Origin: Scyliorhinus canicula | Taxonomy: Eukaryota | Length of the DNA: 64,000 nt | Direction of reading: 5' to 3' | NCBI RefSeq assembly: GCF_902713615.1 | Contig: NC_052169.1 | Span: forward strand, 20,018,526 to 20,082,525 | Shown here: positions 62,274 through 64,000 of the stretch, in pieces | Position numbering within the stretch: position 1 is the first letter of the stretch | Layout of the letters: each line of letters opens with the position of its first letter | Notes under the pieces: model-generated | What the model was told of the DNA's origin: nothing | The model's input: only the letters and a program-made list of their open reading frames with translations | Databases searched by the model: none | Program-made: the position numbers and the translations under genes

Positions 62274-64000
62274 GCTGTCACTGGTGGAGGTTTGGTGTCT
62301 GCCCCCTCGCACTGTCACTGATGGAGGTTTGGTGTCTGCCCCCTCGGGCTGTCACTGATGGAGGTTTGGTGTCTGCCCCCTCGGGCTGTCACTGGTGGAG
62401 GTTTGGTGCCTGGCCCATCGGGCTGTCACTGGTGGAGGTTTGGTGCCTGCCCTCAGTCGCTGTCACTGATGGAGGTTTGGTGCCTGTCCTCTCGCGCTGT
62501 CACTGGTGGAGGTTTGGTGCCTGTCCCCTCGGACTGTCACTGATGGAAGTTTGGTGCCTGTCCTCTTGCGCTGTCACTGGTGGAGGTTTGGTGTCTGCCC
62601 CCTCGGGCTGTCACTGGTGGAGGTTTGGTGTCTGCCCCCTCGGGCTGTCACTGGTGGAGGTTTGGTGTCTGCCCCCTCGCACTGTCACTGATGGAGGTTT
62701 GGTGCCTGTCCTCTCGCGCTGTCACTGGTGGAGGTTTCGTGCCTGCCCCCTCGGGCTGTCACTGGTGGAGGTTTGGTGCCTGCCCCCTCGCACTGTCACT
62801 GGTGGAGGTTTGGTGTCTGTCCTCTCGGGCTGTCACTGGTGGAGGTTTGGTGTCTGACCCCTCGGGCTGTCACTGGTGGAGGTTTGGTGCCTGTCCCCTC
62901 AGGCTGTCACTGGTGGAGGTTTGGTGCCTGTCCCCTCGGGCTGTCACTGGTGGAGGTTTGGTGTCTGCCCCCTCGGGCTGTCACTGGTGGAGGTTTGGTG
63001 CCTGTCCCCTCGCGCTGTCACTGGTGGAGGTTTGGTGCCTGTCCCCTCGCACTGTCACTGATGGAGGTTTGGTGTCTGCCCCCTCGGGCTGTCACTGGTG
63101 GAGGTTTGGTGCCTGCCCTCAGACGCTGTCACTGGTGGAGGTTTGGTGCCTGCCCTCTCGCGCTGTCACTGGTGGAGGTTTGGTGTCTGCCCTCTCGCGC
63201 TGTCACTGGTGGAGGTTTGGTGTCTGCCCCCTCGCACTGTCACTGATGGAGGTTTGGTGCCTGCCCTCTCGCGCTGTCACTGGTGGAGGTTTGGCACCTG
63301 CCCCCTCGGGCTGTCACTGGTGGAGGTTTGGTGTCTGCCCCCTCGGGCTGTCACTGGTGGAGGTTTGGTGCCTGCCCCCTCGCACTGTCACTGGTGGAGC
63401 TTTGGTGCCTGTCCCCTCGCGCTGTCACTGGTGGAGGTTTGGTGTCTGCCCCCTCGGGCTGTCACTGGTGGAGGTTTGGTGTCTGACCCCTCGGGCTGTC
63501 ACTGATGGAGGTTTGGTGTCTGCCCCCTCGCACTGTCACTGATGGAGGTTTGGTACCTGCCCCCTCGCACTGTCACTGATGGAGGTTTGGTACCTGCCCC
63601 CTCGGGCTGTCACTGGTGGAGGTTTGGTGTCTGCCCCCTCGGGCTGTCACTGGTGGAGGTTTGGTGCCTGTCCTCTCGCGCTGTCACTGGTGGAGGTTTG
63701 GTGCCTGTCCTCTCGCACTGTCACTGGTGGAGGTTTGGTGTCTGCCCTCTCGCGCTGTCACTGGTGGAGGTTTGGTGCCTGCCCTCTCGGGCTGTCGCTG
63801 GTGGAGGTTTGGTGCCTGTCCCCTCGGGCTGTCACTGGTGGAGGTTTGGTGTCTGCCCTCCCGCGCTGTCACTGGTGGAGGTTTGGTGTCTGCCCCCTCG
63901 CACTGTCACTGGTGGAGGTTTGGTGTCTGCCCCCTCGCACTGTCACTGGTGGAGGTTTGGTGCCTGCCCCCTCGCACTGTCACTGGTGGAGCTTTGGTGT
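62274..64000 (+). repeat. 37-bp minisatellite, about 46 copies, truncated by the window end
   Basis: Unit CTGTCACTGGTGGAGGTTTGGTGTCTGCCCCCTCGGG with interspersed variants. Confidence 0.97.

Noticed and set aside
62015-63872. Long ORFs (280 aa, 320 aa and others) with CHWWRFG repeats
   Set aside because: Translations of the 37-bp minisatellite in rotating frames; no evidence of a real protein
62274-64000. CRISPR-like appearance (37-bp periodicity, constant plus variable halves)
   Set aside because: Units are contiguous with no unique spacers, there are no cas genes, and the context is vertebrate

Overview
Vertebrate (non-prokaryotic) genomic DNA from a cartilaginous fish, probably a catshark-type shark, judged from dense HE1/V-SINEs, HER1/CR1 LINEs and DeuSINE-like repeats. 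Two spliced genes are reconstructed from the raw sequence. TRIP4 (ASC-1) is on the minus strand: 9 coding exons from 34423 to 1947 with C2HC5 zinc finger and the start of the ASCH domain, and the remaining exons lie beyond the left edge. PCLAF (PAF15/KIAA0101) is complete on the plus strand: 4 exons, 44780-50787, 121 aa, with PIP and KEN boxes. The genes are divergent, about 10 kb apart, each with its own CpG-rich promoter. A third CpG-rich segment with a splice donor at 58306 may be the non-coding first exon of the next gene (CSNK1G1 by synteny, inferred only). Much of the rest is transposon-derived: several SINE subfamilies, CR1, L2 and Rex1-like LINE fragments, a solo LTR, a fossil hAT transposase, a GC-rich hAT MITE and a 37-bp minisatellite running off the right edge. 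Nearly all ORFs in the supplied track are repeat artefacts. The best leads are an in-frame TGA / compensating-frameshift anomaly in TRIP4 exon 8, one SINE head carrying four different LINE-type tails, recurrent short-range templated duplications, DeuSINE tails forming TRIP4 splice acceptors, and an NRF1/Sp1-rich MITE about 1 kb upstream of the putative third promoter. No prokaryote-type system (CRISPR, etc.) is present. Repeat boundaries are approximate and no database searches were run.
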